From Podarcis bocagei (Eukaryota), in the NCBI GenBank assembly GCA_964188305.1, contig OZ076888.1: 64,000 nucleotides of DNA; one strand, 5' to 3'. Each line of letters begins with the position of its first letter. Within the stretch, counting starts at the first letter, position 1. Under the pieces are notes generated by a model. The model did not search any database. It was not told the DNA's origin and was given only the letters and a program-made list of their open reading frames with translations. The translations under genes were made by a program, and so were the position numbers. Below are positions 24,701-35,838 of this stretch, in pieces.

Positions 24701-27493
24701 GTTCCAATTCCTCAGCAAGACCGCTTGCTACGTGAACTGCTAGCCCTGAGCTGCTCCTGTGACTGCCCTTTCACTGCCACAGCTGCTGCCAAATGCTTTG
24801 CAGGACTGGTTAACAAGCACCCAGCAGGTAACCGATGGAGTAATAGCCTATGTCTGTCCTAGGACTGAAGGGCTGGGGATGTTGTTCAGAGGCTCGTGAA
24901 ACCTCAGAGCTGGGCTGTGTTAAGTGTTGCCCTGCTTGACTGATGCAAGAAGTTGCCCGGAACAACAGCCAGTCTCTTTACCCTTTCCAGGGCCTCAATT
25001 AGATGAGCTGTTGGAGCTGGCCATGAACAAGTTGGAGCATGGCCTGAATGAGGGTCCTCATCAAAGCCAAGCCCTCACTCTGCTGCTGTGGGTGAGTTTC
25101 CGCCATGCCCCATCCCTCCCGTCTCTGCCAGAAACAGAGCTCAATTTTCCTTTCTTTTTGCCCTGCAGGTGAGCAAGGCTTTGTTGCTACGCTACCACCC
25201 GCTAACCACACACCTGACGGACAAGGTGAGCTTCTGGGAAAGGCCTGGGACCCTCAGGGAGGCCACTGTGCCCTTACCACATTCAATGGCTCCTGTCTTT
25301 TACCCTACAGCTCCTCATGCTTTTGGGGGACACGGTCCTTGGCCCTGCGGTGGGCGATGGCCTTGCCTTGCTCATGGCCGACTCCCCAGATGTGCTGGGC
25401 AAGAGCTGCCACGCTGAGGTGCGCCTCATGTTCCGCCAGCGCTTCTTCACAGAGTGCGTGCCGCAGTTGGTGCAGGGTTTCCACACAGCAGCTCCTGGTA
25501 AGAATTTCCTCTGTCCCATTTCTTACCGAAAGCATCTGAATTAACAGGAGGAGCACAGTTGGAATAATGGTCAAATTGAAATGAGGACGCTACTGCAGCA
25601 TTTTAGCATATTTTTGTCTGCAGAAATTGTGGACTCCTTGCATGACCTGCCTTTTGTAGCCCTCTTTGGACAGTAGGAGCTTCTGAACCCTTGACAACAA
25701 GAGGAGCAGTCTGAGCCTCTCGCCTTTTTCTTCCTCTTCCCGGACCCCTCGGAGTTTCTGGAGATGATTTTGGGTAGGAGAGCTCAGAACTCTGAGCTCG
25801 CCTACTCTGCCTGTTACATGGGACAAACAAATTGCTTTTCTTTACTCGCAAGAGGTGGACCTTCACTGTAGGCTCTGTAGAGGTCATTTGCTATTCAATT
25901 TCTAAACTGTCATAACCTTTTCGGATGAGTCTCCTCGGAGCCACAGGATTAAGCCTTGCCCTTCTGTTCTTCCTAGATGTGAAGGCGAATTACCTGAAAG
26001 GCCTGTCTCACATACTGAACCACCTGCCCAAACCAGTGCTAGTGACAGAGCTGCCTACGGTGAGTGTGCAGCAGTGCTGACCACCAGGCCCTAAGAACTC
26101 TTGGGAATTATTTTGTGGGTGGGGCATATTATGGAGAAGAATGATGCCCCCCCCTTTTTCAGCTAGGATAGCTCAGTTGGTTAGAGCATGGTGCTGAAGA
26201 TGCCAGGGTTGCAGGCTCAATCCTTGTGTGGGACAGCTGCATTGCAGGGAGTTGGACTAAATGATCCTTAGGGTCTCTTTCAACTCTACAAGTCTGTTGA
26301 TTCCATGACTCTACCCTCTTATCCCCCAGCTGCTACCTCTCCTGCTGGAAGCTCTGTCGTGTCCTGACCTTGTGGTGCAGATCTCAACTTTGCACTGCCT
26401 ACAGCCGCTGTTGCTCGAGGCGCCACACGTCATGAGCCTGCACGTCGACACACTCGTGGGCAAATTTATCAGCCTGACAGACAACCCTGCTATGGTGAGT
26501 ACTGGGTAGCCTCTTTATGCAGCTGGATACTCCCGGTTTCCTCCTGGATGGTCAGCAGAAGACTAAATGTCCCATTTATATTGCAGGCAATCCGCATTGC
26601 TGCGCTACAGTGCCTCCATGCACTTGCCTCCCTCCCCACTCCAGTGGTAAGTAATGGATCTGCCCAATAGCTTGCCAGATGCTCCAACATTTGCCTTACT
26701 TGTGCCAAGATCTACTTGTCTCCTGTTGCTAGCACAAACAGGTATTAAGACCTCCATGGGAACTGTGGGAACCTCATTGATGGTGGCTTCTGCTTGCTAC
26801 CAGGTGATACCTTACAAGCCACGAGTGATTCGAGCCCTGGCCAAACCCCTGGATGACAAGAAGCGGCTGGTGCGGAAGGAAGCTGTGGCAGCACGAGGAG
26901 AATGGTGAGCAGGACTCTTTCTCTTGGGGGACGGTGTAGAAGAAACAGTACCAACTTAAATACACTGTAGTTGCTCGACTTGGCTGTCCTTGAGACTCAC
27001 TGTAATTAAATTGGAGGTAGGTTAACATATCCTTGTACAGATCTGATGAAGCCATTTTGATTTGAGCGTAGAGGTTTGGATTAATAACTTGGGTTCTGAC
27101 AAAGCAATCAGGATGAAAAAAAAGTATAAGGAAGACTTGAAAAGAAATGTAGAATATCTGAATTATTGTAAACACATTAAAATGTTAACAGTAATAGAAT
27201 AAATTCAGCAGTAAGAAATATTTTGATATAAAACTGGGAAAACGAGAATGGGGGGGGGGATAGAATATGTAGCATAAAAGAGTTAATAAAATGAACCAGG
27301 GAGGGGAGGAGGGGGAAGGGAAGTCAAGGATATTTGGATGTAAAGTTGTCTTTAAATTTGTAAAAAAATGAAAATGGTAATTATTTATAAATAAATTTTT
27401 AAAAGGGTTCCTTTTGTTCATGCCTTGCTGCTGCTAAAGCCCGCTGTGGTGGTCTTTTTCTTCAGGTTTCTGCTTGGGACACCTGCCAGGTGA
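5814..27493 (+). CDS. MMS19: MMS19 cytosolic iron-sulfur assembly component (HEAT-repeat protein), 31 coding exons, 1020 aa
   Basis: Exons: 5814-5907,10172-10220,12353-12453,13406-13491,14134-14208,15222-15291,15379-15507,15885-15946,16111-16197,17551-17625,17894-17971,18553-18691,19015-19169,19388-19466,20359-20484,21035-21116,22044-22141,22482-22613,23360-23515,23789-23888,24251-24353,24451-24528,24701-24827,24991-25091,25169-25225,25311-25497,25977-26059,26330-26494,26587-26646,26804-26904,27466-27493. Total 3063 nt, all GT-AG, open frame. Diagnostic peptides: GADFTFGFIQVMDGEKDPRNLL, ELFEVTSCYFPIDFTP, DCRHHLCEPDMKLVWPSAKLLQAAAGAS, LAKPLDDKKRLVRKEAVAARGEWFLLG. Confidence 0.97.
8528..8562. 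repeat. (TACA)n microsatellite
   Basis: Read directly from the sequence. Confidence 0.9.
11970..12167 (-). mobile_element. tRNA-derived SINE (Squam2-like), antisense; degraded copies at ~1-125 and ~9908-10035
   Basis: Reverse complement begins AAGGCTGTAGCTCAGTGGAAGAGCAC...CCCAGTTTCAATCCCCGGC. Confidence 0.75.
15702..15767. repeat. (TCTCTT)n/(TC)n microsatellite
   Basis: Read directly from the sequence. Confidence 0.9.
16333..16382. repeat. Compound (TTC)n(TTA)n(TACA)n microsatellite at a LINE tail
   Basis: Read directly from the sequence. Confidence 0.85.
20723..20952. mobile_element. Short, internally deleted copy of the same MITE family, opposite orientation, in MMS19 intron 15
   Basis: TA|CAGTGGTGCCCCGCAAGA ... 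TCTTGCGAGGTACCACTG|TA; its ends match the 28083-29027 element in reverse complement. Confidence 0.88.
22739..23081 (+). mobile_element. tRNA-derived SINE (Squam2-like, name tentative) interrupted by a second SINE
   Basis: Head GGGCTGGAGCTCAGTAGTAGAGC...GGTTCAATCCC and tail GCCAGTCAGTG...AAGGCCGAGCTTCCTTGTTCCTA; uninterrupted antisense copy at ~11970-12167. Confidence 0.75.
22824..22970 (+). mobile_element. tRNA-derived SINE with a CR1-like tail (nested insertion)
   Basis: GGATAGCTCAGTTGGTTAGAGC...GGTTCGATCCC head and GGACTAGATGATCC...GTCCCTTCCAAC tail; sister copies at 26166-26312 and ~41243-41388. Confidence 0.8.
26166..26312 (+). mobile_element. tRNA-derived SINE with a CR1-like tail, MMS19 intron 27
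   Basis: Same family as 22824-22970. Confidence 0.78.
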
Positions 27494-27756
27494 AGGTTCA
27501 CACTGCAAATCCTGACTGACAATCTCACCTGCCCCCACTCACCTGGTAAGCTGTTGGCCTTGATGTCCTGGGGCCTAGATTTCCATGCAAAGCAGCAAGG
27601 CTCTGGGCAGAAGAGGACTTTTTTGTGGACTGCCCTTTCCTAACCACAACATCAGCGTTCAGTAGGAAGGAACAGCCGGCCCCTGTTCCTGCTGCAGCGC
27701 AGTAGTGAGTGGAGGTGGCAGGACCCCCATATATTATGTATGTATGGGGCCAGAAG

Positions 27757-27999
27757 AATAAAAACTTGTTTGCTAACAGCCTCTGGCAAAAGTGCTTCTT
27801 GTGGGGAAGTAGTAGAAATAAGGGTCTTGCCTTCACCTTCTATTAAGTCCAGCTTCCCCACCTTCCTGCCATAATGGTGTCTGCGTAGAGAGAGATTTTT
27901 CATGTGCTAATAGAACTAAAGCCTACTGCATGAACTTAGCACCTCTCATGCAAAGATCAAACAGTGAATTACTTTTAATACAGAATATTTCTGAATAAA
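27757..27999 (+). terminator. Candidate MMS19 polyadenylation signals
   Basis: AATAAA at 27757-27762 and 27994-27999, downstream of the stop codon (27493). Confidence 0.6.
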
Positions 28000-28082
28000 G
28001 TTGCAAGAGCTGAGCCTAGGTGTCTAGGAACGTTCTGTCTGATACCTGCTGGAGAAATCTAGCAAACTAGCATAGGAAGATA

Positions 28083-29027
28083 CAGTGGTACCCCGCAAGA
28101 CGAACGCCTCGCAAGACGGAAAACCCGCTAGACGAAAGGGTTTTCCATTTTGGAGGCGCTTCGCAAAACGAATTTCCCTATGGGCTTGCTTCGCAAGACG
28201 AAAGCCCATAGGGAAATCTCCGGGACAGCGGGGAAGCGCAGCGCGTCTTCCCCACTGTCCTCTGACCTCCTCCGAAGGCTGGCGGTGGGGCGGAGAGACC
28301 TCCTCCCGCCGCCAGCCTTCGGAAGCCTGCTCCAAAGCCTGGCGGTGGGGTGGAAAGACCTCGCCGCCAGCCTTCGGAGCATCCTTCCAAAGGCTGGCGG
28401 CGGGAGGAGGTCTTTCCGCCCCACCGCCAGCCTTTGGAAGGCTGCTCCGAAGGCTGGCGGTGGGGCGGAAAGACCTCCTCCCGCCGCCAGCCTTTGGAAG
28501 GCTGCTCCGAAGGCTGGCGGTGGGGCGGAAAGACCTCCTCCCGCCGCCAGCCTTCGGAATCCTGCTCCAAAGCCTGGCGGTGGGGCGGAAAGACCTCCCG
28601 CCGCCAGCCTTCGGAGCATCCTTCCGAAGGCTGGCGGCGGGAGGAGGTCTTTCCGCCCCACCGCCAGCCTTCGGAAGGCTGTCCTGAAGACTTGCGGTGG
28701 GAGGAGGGTTTTCCTTCCCACCGCCAACATTCAGAATGCTGTTCTGAATGTTGGCGGTGGGGAGGAAAAACCCTCCTCCCACCGCAAGCCCTGGGAACAG
28801 AGGAGAAGCGCTGCGCCCCTTCCCCTCTGTTCCCGTACCTGTCCTGAAGGCTTGCGGTGGGGAGAAAAGCCCTTCTCCGCACCGCCAGCCTGGCAAGCGG
28901 TTTCCATAGGAACGCATTAATTGATTTTCAATGCATTCCTATGGGAAACCGTGCTTCGCAAGACGAAAAACTCGCAAGAAGAAAAAACTTGCGGAACGAA
29001 TTAATTTCGTCTTGCGAGGCACCACTG
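28083..29027. mobile_element. Non-autonomous Tc1/mariner-type DNA transposon (MITE, 945 bp) with an internal GC-rich ~60-bp minisatellite
   Basis: TA|CAGTGGTACCCCGCAAGACG ... CGTCTTGCGAGGCACCACTG|TA, i.e. terminal inverted repeats (TIRs) and a TA target duplication; repeat units at ~28270-28895. Confidence 0.9.
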
Positions 29028-29482
29028 TACTGACTGATCTGGTATGCCTTTTTCTGTAAGTGCAGGCTGGTGGTTGTTTACTTTCTTAATTATTAGCCAC
29101 TGGTATTAAATTGGTGAAGCTGCAGCTGCCTTTGGCAGTAAAATGAGTTCAGAAATCCACCTGAGCCCCTGTGTGGCATTCTGCAATGAGGTGGTAGTTT
29201 GCTTGTTTGGAAAGTGTTCTACAAATAAAGTTTTTAAAGAGTGCCACTGCTGCCCATCTGAAATTTATACATGGCTCCCTATTTCCTCTGCTGTATCTTT
29301 CCAGTGACAACCCTCATTAATGAACATAGCAGAACTGCATTTGAAAATCGATGAAAGTACATGACTGGCCAGGACATAGAGCATTGTACGTGCTGGAAAA
29401 CAGCTGAGCCTCGGTAGTAGAGAGTCCATGCTTTACCCTTCCTAGGTGTAAGACTTCTGCTGGCAAGGTGCCTACTCTTGAA

Positions 29483-29617
29483 TAGCGTTTCTCAAACTTG
29501 GGTCCCCAGCTGTTGTTGGAATACAACTCCCATCATCCCTAGCTAGCAGGATCAGTGGTCAGGGGTGATGGGAATTGTAGTCCACCAACGGTTGGGATCC
29601 AGGTTTGAGAAACACTG
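29483..29617. mobile_element. Short hAT-like palindromic MITE (older copies at ~11172-11308 and ~42018-42150)
   Basis: TAGCGTTTCTCAAAC ... GTTTGAGAAACACTG ends, with an internal CTCCCATCATCCC / GGGTGATGGGA inverted pair. Confidence 0.65.
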
Positions 29618-30291
29618 GTCTAGCCATTGACCACACCTTAACTTGAATTAATGGTGTGGCCTGGGGCTGTGTTGAAGGCCTAATACTCTTATTAAGTAGA
29701 TGGTTGCAAAGAAAGCAGTGCTTAATGGCATATGTCCCATGGCTATTATAATGGAACCCCTCCCCATACACTTCTCAGGGCTGCTTTTCATACATGCTCC
29801 ATAGCTGAGTTTCAGGTAGTCAAAACCAGTCCTGAATAGCACCCCACCCCCCTTAATCTTACTATGTACCACTAGCTCTGGACTACTCATAAATTATTTG
29901 TACAAACATGGAAGGGCAGAACACTGAGAGGTAGTGTCAGCTTCTCGTGTTGCTGCTTTGAAAGGGCTACAGAAATCTGCAGTTTGGTGAGAGGTCAACA
30001 GAGTGGAAAACTGGCAATGGTGCATATACAAGAGTAGGGACAATCTGTGGCTTTTGAAAGATATTTTTAGACTTTAACCTATGGCCTTACACCTAATGGC
30101 TGGGACCAACAAAATCTCTTAAGACCTGCAGCTATCTGTAAATGCAGCATTGTCTTGTACACTGCCTGGAATCTGTTCTGAAAAGACAGTTGTGAGCTAC
30201 AGGGAGATCAATCAGTTTCTTAAGATATTTCCACCATTGTGCCTTCTCTTCTGCTAAAGAGGAACAGATGCCACACCATATTAAAATGATT

Positions 30292-30297
30292 TTTATT
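30292..30297 (-). terminator. Candidate ZDHHC16 polyadenylation signal
   Basis: TTTATT on + (AATAAA on -), ~365 nt past the stop codon. Confidence 0.55.
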
Positions 30298-30662
30298 TTC
30301 GTTTAAAAAATCCCTGCCTACATAGTGGAAGAGTAACAAGACCCTGGCATACCAGCCAGGGTCCTGAGGTGGGGCAGGGGGCATATTGCGCCTTCCTCCA
30401 CTACCAGGAATACCAATACTTCATCCTACATAGGCTGGATTATGTGGGCAAGACATTGCTGTCTCACCGCAGCTGCCTGCAGCTGGGGGGGCTCTTCCAC
30501 CTTCATCCTAAGACTGCTGGAGCAGTTTGCTGCAGCTGGTGCAATTGTGGCGTGTGACGTCACCAGCACCTCGGGGATCTGTGCTGTCCATTATGCTGCC
30601 CCTTGAAAGCATCCTGTGGTTTCCCGTCTTCCAGCAGCTGGTCAACTCTGCCCTTTATCAAC

Positions 30663-33600
30663 TCAAATTGTCAAGAGAGGAGTCTTCTGTTCCACAATGC
30701 AGGGTGGAGTTTCCCAACTCAGGCCAGATCCATAGGGTGGGTGTGTGGAGGGTAGTAGAACTCGGGTGACCCAATGCCTAGAAAAGAGAACATCTTTCAA
30801 TGAATAAATGGAACACAGGAAGACATTTACAGGCTTGCTAGTATATTCCGCCCAAGCATTTTCCAGATTACAGAGGACCTAGAGGGCTACAGCATTGCTG
30901 TGGAATGCAAAATAAGCAGCTTCAGCTGTGCCTTGCTTTGTCAAGCCAATCCAGCCAATCCCAGCCACCCTCTTGTCCAAAAGACAGGGCAGATGTAGAG
31001 TATACCAGTTGCACATTTCCCGTTCTCACCTCTGTGTCTCCACACCCAGGAAAACCTTCCAATTTCCCAAAGGACCATAGTTGTATGGGTTTCGGAAGAC
31101 CTAGAGCCAATGGAAAAGTAGCATGAAATTATATTCTGCTGGGTGGTTCTAGCATATTTATTCATTCCTCCATTCTGCATAGCAACCCCTCTTGGGAAAA
31201 TCTGACTGGTCAAACTTCAGAATTATTCAAATGGTCAAAAATAAGTGCAACGGAATCATACCCTTTAAAAAAAAAGTCTCCCTGTTTATGTAGCTGAGTT
31301 CTATATAATGTATTAAAATTAATTCAAATAAAATATTCAAATGCATGCCTGATTAAAAATAGTTTTGTGTTTTCTGGAAGCCGGAGAATAACAGGGTCAA
31401 CTCAAGAGGAAGTTTGTGTATACAGGAAGGGGCTGCAGGAGAAAAGGCCCTGTTTTAGCTATTTTTCTAACTAAACACCCTGAAGTGATGGAACTTTAGC
31501 GTGACACACACACATCAAGCAACTAGGTGAGCTCAGCTGTTCTCCCCCCGCCCCCCACTGAAGGTTGAGCCTTGCCCTCCTCACCTTGCCCTTCAATCGG
31601 AGTCTCTTTCTTTCTTTGCGGTTTATGTGCCTTTCAATGCTGGTCTCACCACGAGTGATGAGGACAGAATGCCACAGCATGAGAGCGCCCAGTGCCAAGG
31701 CTACTGAACTGCAGGGAAATGAACAGAGGAATGTTGCGGTGGGTGGGCAAAGACCAAGTAGCTGGAGCAAGTCGCTTATTATCTCTCACTGACAGCTGGA
31801 TGAGGCTTTTGCAGAGAGCAGAGAATAAGACAGCTAGAAAGCTCTGTGCTCCGGAGGCTGACTTGGCAGCTTTCTCAAAGCATTCCGGAGAGACTTGCCC
31901 CTCCTCTTCCCCATGAGCACCAAACAACCAGATCAGTTACCTGCAGAGGACCCAGGCATACACTATACTCTTGTGGAAAGCTCGCTGGCGGAAGGAGAAG
32001 GTGGGTGGTGGTGTCTGAGAGTAAGTCTGCAAGGAAAAAGCAGATGTTGCGGTGGCCAGAGATGCGAGGATGCAGCGGAGGATGCTGTGACCCCAAACCA
32101 ATGAGATGTGGAGGTCTTTCAAGGACAAATGGGTGGACGGACAGCACAGCACAGCACAAGACACCTCTTGAGAGGCAAGGGTCTTGATCATGATTCAGCG
32201 ATGGGGCAGAGCATGGGTACCGGGGTTCAATACTCACTTCCCTTACTCCCCATTCATACATTATCTTTTGGAAGACAAGAATACAGCGTCACTTAGCCAG
32301 CTGTGCAAACACTTCCTCCCCTCGATGGCACAACCAACTGTAGCTGAATGGGCTCGGGCTCCCTTAGGAGGAAGAAAGGAAGGAGTGATTCTGCCCAGGA
32401 AAGGGAATCTGAGCAGTCACAGCCACGGCTGTAGAGTCAATTGCTGGGGCAGAGCAGCAAGCTCCCCTGCCATGCTCTGCCCTGTCCCTGACTTGAGCAG
32501 CGGAGCAGCAGGTACCCCACCTGATTGGCTGTCACGTGCAGTCTCCCCTTGTCAAGCAGTTTCATTTTCTATCGGATGGAAAAGAGGCTGCCAGTTACAC
32601 ACACTCAGTTCTCCTCGGCCTATGTAACTCCTCGTGCAGTTATCCAGGCCAGGAGGAAGAGCCCCACCCCCTCCACTGAGAAAGCACCCCCCCTCCCATG
32701 CCACCATGTGCCCAGACAGACCCCAGTTCAGCCAGAAACCTCACCTCAATGGCAGCATAGGCCTCCCAGAACAGGTCCCAGCCGCTGACGCTGCTGTAGA
32801 TGCAGCCCATGGTCATGAACAGCATGAAGGAGAAGAAGTAGCGGTGGTTGAAGTGCCCCACGCAGTTGTTCAGCCACGCTGTCCCTTGGGGTTAAAGGTC
32901 TGTAAAGGCAGGCAAAAATCTCCAACCCTCCTCACCATGTAACAGGGGATAGCCAATTCTGGATCTGCACCCAAACCGTACTGGTGATTTAATTGATCCA
33001 CCTAGTATTATGCCACCTGTTGGGGCTCCTTCCAATTTTGCTGCTCCTTTCAATTTGGGGGTGTGAGGAGATCTGCTTACTCAGGACACACTTTAATAAA
33101 GCCATAACCCAGCAGGCAAGAAGAACAGGGGATGATGCTTCACATAGGAGGAATAGCAGTTCTGGCCTAAGAACCATTTCGCTTTGGTGCTGAAACAGGA
33201 ATGCCCCCTCTGAAATGCAGCTGATTGTTCCCAAATCATTTACTGAGACGTGCCTCACAGGAGATCGGCACAAATACTTTTCCTTTTCCTCTTCAATGTT
33301 GCGAGTTTACCCCCTTGGACCAGTTAATCTCAAGACATCCTTTACTTTCCCTGGGGATATATATTATCACTTTGCATATATCATCGCGCTCCTGGGACAA
33401 GTGACCTTACAGGAGACCCCCAAGTCAGTCCAGCTATGGGCCTGCAGAAGGATACGGCAGTGATGGTCCATCTTCAACACACACCTGTGGAAGGGAAATA
33501 GCATTTGCATTAGGGCACTATTGCACACTGGAGGTGAGACAGAAGGAGAAGGGGTTGCTGACAGCGCAGCTTAAATAGTAAGGAAATGATGCAGCTATGG

Positions 33601-35838
33601 AACATGACACGGTGCAGCAACACAAGGCAAGAAAAACAAGAACAAGTCACCACTCGATCCCTTAATGAGCATGCAAGCAAGAGACTGGCTGAAGGCTGCT
33701 TGGCGAGAGCTGGGTACTGGCTGCTCACTGGCCTCAATGCAAAGCCCTCTGCAGTCTTTGGCAATGTTACCTTAGTGTAAGGAGACTTCTGCACAAACTT
33801 GCAGGTGTTCCTAAAGGTAGAGATGCGTATAGTCTATAGATACACAGATGCACCCCAAGGCTACACAGCATTTAGCAGAATTTAGCTTCTTGAGCATGTT
33901 TCCTTTCATTAAGAAAGGCAAGTTTCTAACCTTTATGGCTTGGGAAATAAAACCAAAGGTTTAAAGTGAGTGGAGAAAGCAAAGAAGATTCAAAGAGGAG
34001 GAGGACTGAGCAGCATTTCCCAAGCTCTGATGTTCTGCATTGTCCTTTACCCCTAATCCCACAGGTAGCAGACATTATGCAAAACAGACATATGCAGACT
34101 GAACATATTTGCCTAATTTATTAAAACCATACAATTTTATTTTCCCTCGCTCCCATGCCACCCTTCCTCTATTTACTGTACTTTCTTTTTCAGTGCAGAG
34201 AAACTATGTTGATGTTCTTACAGGTTATATCTCAGCTGAAAGAGTTAGAGGGACTCCAAGACTTCAGCATGAGAAACAGGCAACAATTCATATACGTTCA
34301 GATTATTATTGTCATCGCAATTCTGCATCAGAGGAAACTCTCACTCCATGTCCAAAATTATGAAGATCACAAAAGTGTGCAATGAGTCAAGTAGTTATGC
34401 TTCCTGCATTCTCGTGCTTTATTCTGAAACAAGTATTTGGATATTTGGCGAAAATATAAGAGAGAATCACAAGAAGTATATGCCAAGAGGGGAACGTGGA
34501 GTTCAGAAAGCTTTCTAAAATTCTCAGGAGTCTTTGCCAGACACAGGATTCTACACCAGCTACCACACAACATTTCATGCTCACATACAATGTGAAAGAT
34601 AAATGACCCTGGTTATCTGCCTGCCCATAAAGCATCTTTAAAAGGTTCAGGTTTCCACACGTGACACTGGTCTGATACAAGGGGAATGCCCACCTGTTGC
34701 AGATGCTGCAGTGGTGGGTCCGGGCAGGCTTCGGGGCAATACATTTCCTGCAGATGGAGACAGCAGCAACATCGCTCTTCAACTGCTGCTGGAAGGAACA
34801 TCGGTAGCCTTTAGCGTGGTTGCAAGAGTGCCATTGCCCTTACACTAACCCAAAACACACCGGGTCAAGCATATTTGGACATGGGCCCTCTGGAGCTTGC
34901 ACACAGTGGAAACTCGGTATCAGCCCTTTGTCCATAACGTTCTGTGTAAGAGTCACCAGTGAAAGAAGAAGTGGTAGGAAATCATGTCCTACCATGGATC
35001 TCAGTGTTAAAAAATAAACTTATTAAAAGTGAAATTAGAGATATTGGTGCCTCTACCCTACCTGTGGAGGAAAACCGGGCTGAGTAGTGATGGCCATATA
35101 GTAGTGGAAGACAATCATGACGAGGTTCCAGTGACCATAGATGAAATGCCAGAAGATCCAAAGAAGGGGGTAGGTTCGCAAGACGAGTGGCAAGAGGCAG
35201 ACATACACTATGACCACCACTGAGCTGGTCAGAGTGATCACCAGGGCCACAAACACCTGTTGAGGGGGAAGAGGGAAGGGTCTGAGCCACCAACACACTG
35301 CAGACAAGTCTCAGCCCTTTCGATGGAGGAATGTTTCCAGTGGATGGATCCCCATGCTAAATCCCAACTTGGTCTCCCCATAGTCCGAAGAAAACAGCAG
35401 CACTGGGGGACCACAAAAGAATTCAGCAAAGCATCAGCGCCATCTCCTCCCACATCTGCAAGGTCATGTATCTCCTTGCACAGCTTAGATGTTTGATGGT
35501 GGCTTGAAGCCCAGGGCTCAAACTCTTTATTTCCTAGAGCTGAACATGTCTCCAGGGGGCCTGAAGCTGCACTCCGCTGCCTTTCCTCCCAGGATACTCA
35601 CCACCCCAAACCAGCGGGTGACGTGATCCACCAGCCAGTAGATGGGCTCAAAGAGGGCGTCGAGAGCAGTGTCGCCATTAGCAAAGGAGTTGTACACCAG
35701 GGAGCGCAAACAGAGGCGCCCATACAGCCAGAGCTGCCCCACATGCTTAGTCAGCCAGAACCGCCGCCGCTGACCTATCCGCAGGCATTTCAGGAAGAAG
35801 CGCATGACAGCAGAGTACATCCTCTGGCGGCTCCTCAT
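30663..35838 (-). CDS. ZDHHC16: Palmitoyltransferase ZDHHC16 (DHHC zinc-finger S-acyltransferase), 10 coding exons, 375 aa
   Basis: Exons (minus strand): 35838-35602,35256-35062,34782-34694,33484-33456,32878-32745,32568-32521,32026-31941,31708-31585,31100-31030,30777-30663 (1128 nt, open frame). Motif [44 protein letters not shown], plus FEPIYWLVDHVTRWFGV, RGETSIERHIN and VFRNPYNYG. Confidence 0.97.
32879..33455 (-). other. U12-type (minor spliceosome) GT-AG intron in ZDHHC16, splitting the Pro codon after DHHC
   Basis: Donor GTATCCTT (33455-33448); branch-site-like CCTTTAAC (32898-32891) close to the AG; no polypyrimidine tract. Confidence 0.9.

Noticed and set aside
28270-28895. CRISPR-like array of palindromic repeats
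   Set aside because: Units are contiguous with no unique spacers, occur in both orientations, lie within TIRs, and there are no cas genes; the context is eukaryotic.
28024-28920. Six overlapping long ORFs (165-297 aa) on both strands
   Set aside because: Artefact of a GC-rich, stop-poor 60-bp minisatellite inside a MITE; the peptides are repetitive and lack transposase motifs.
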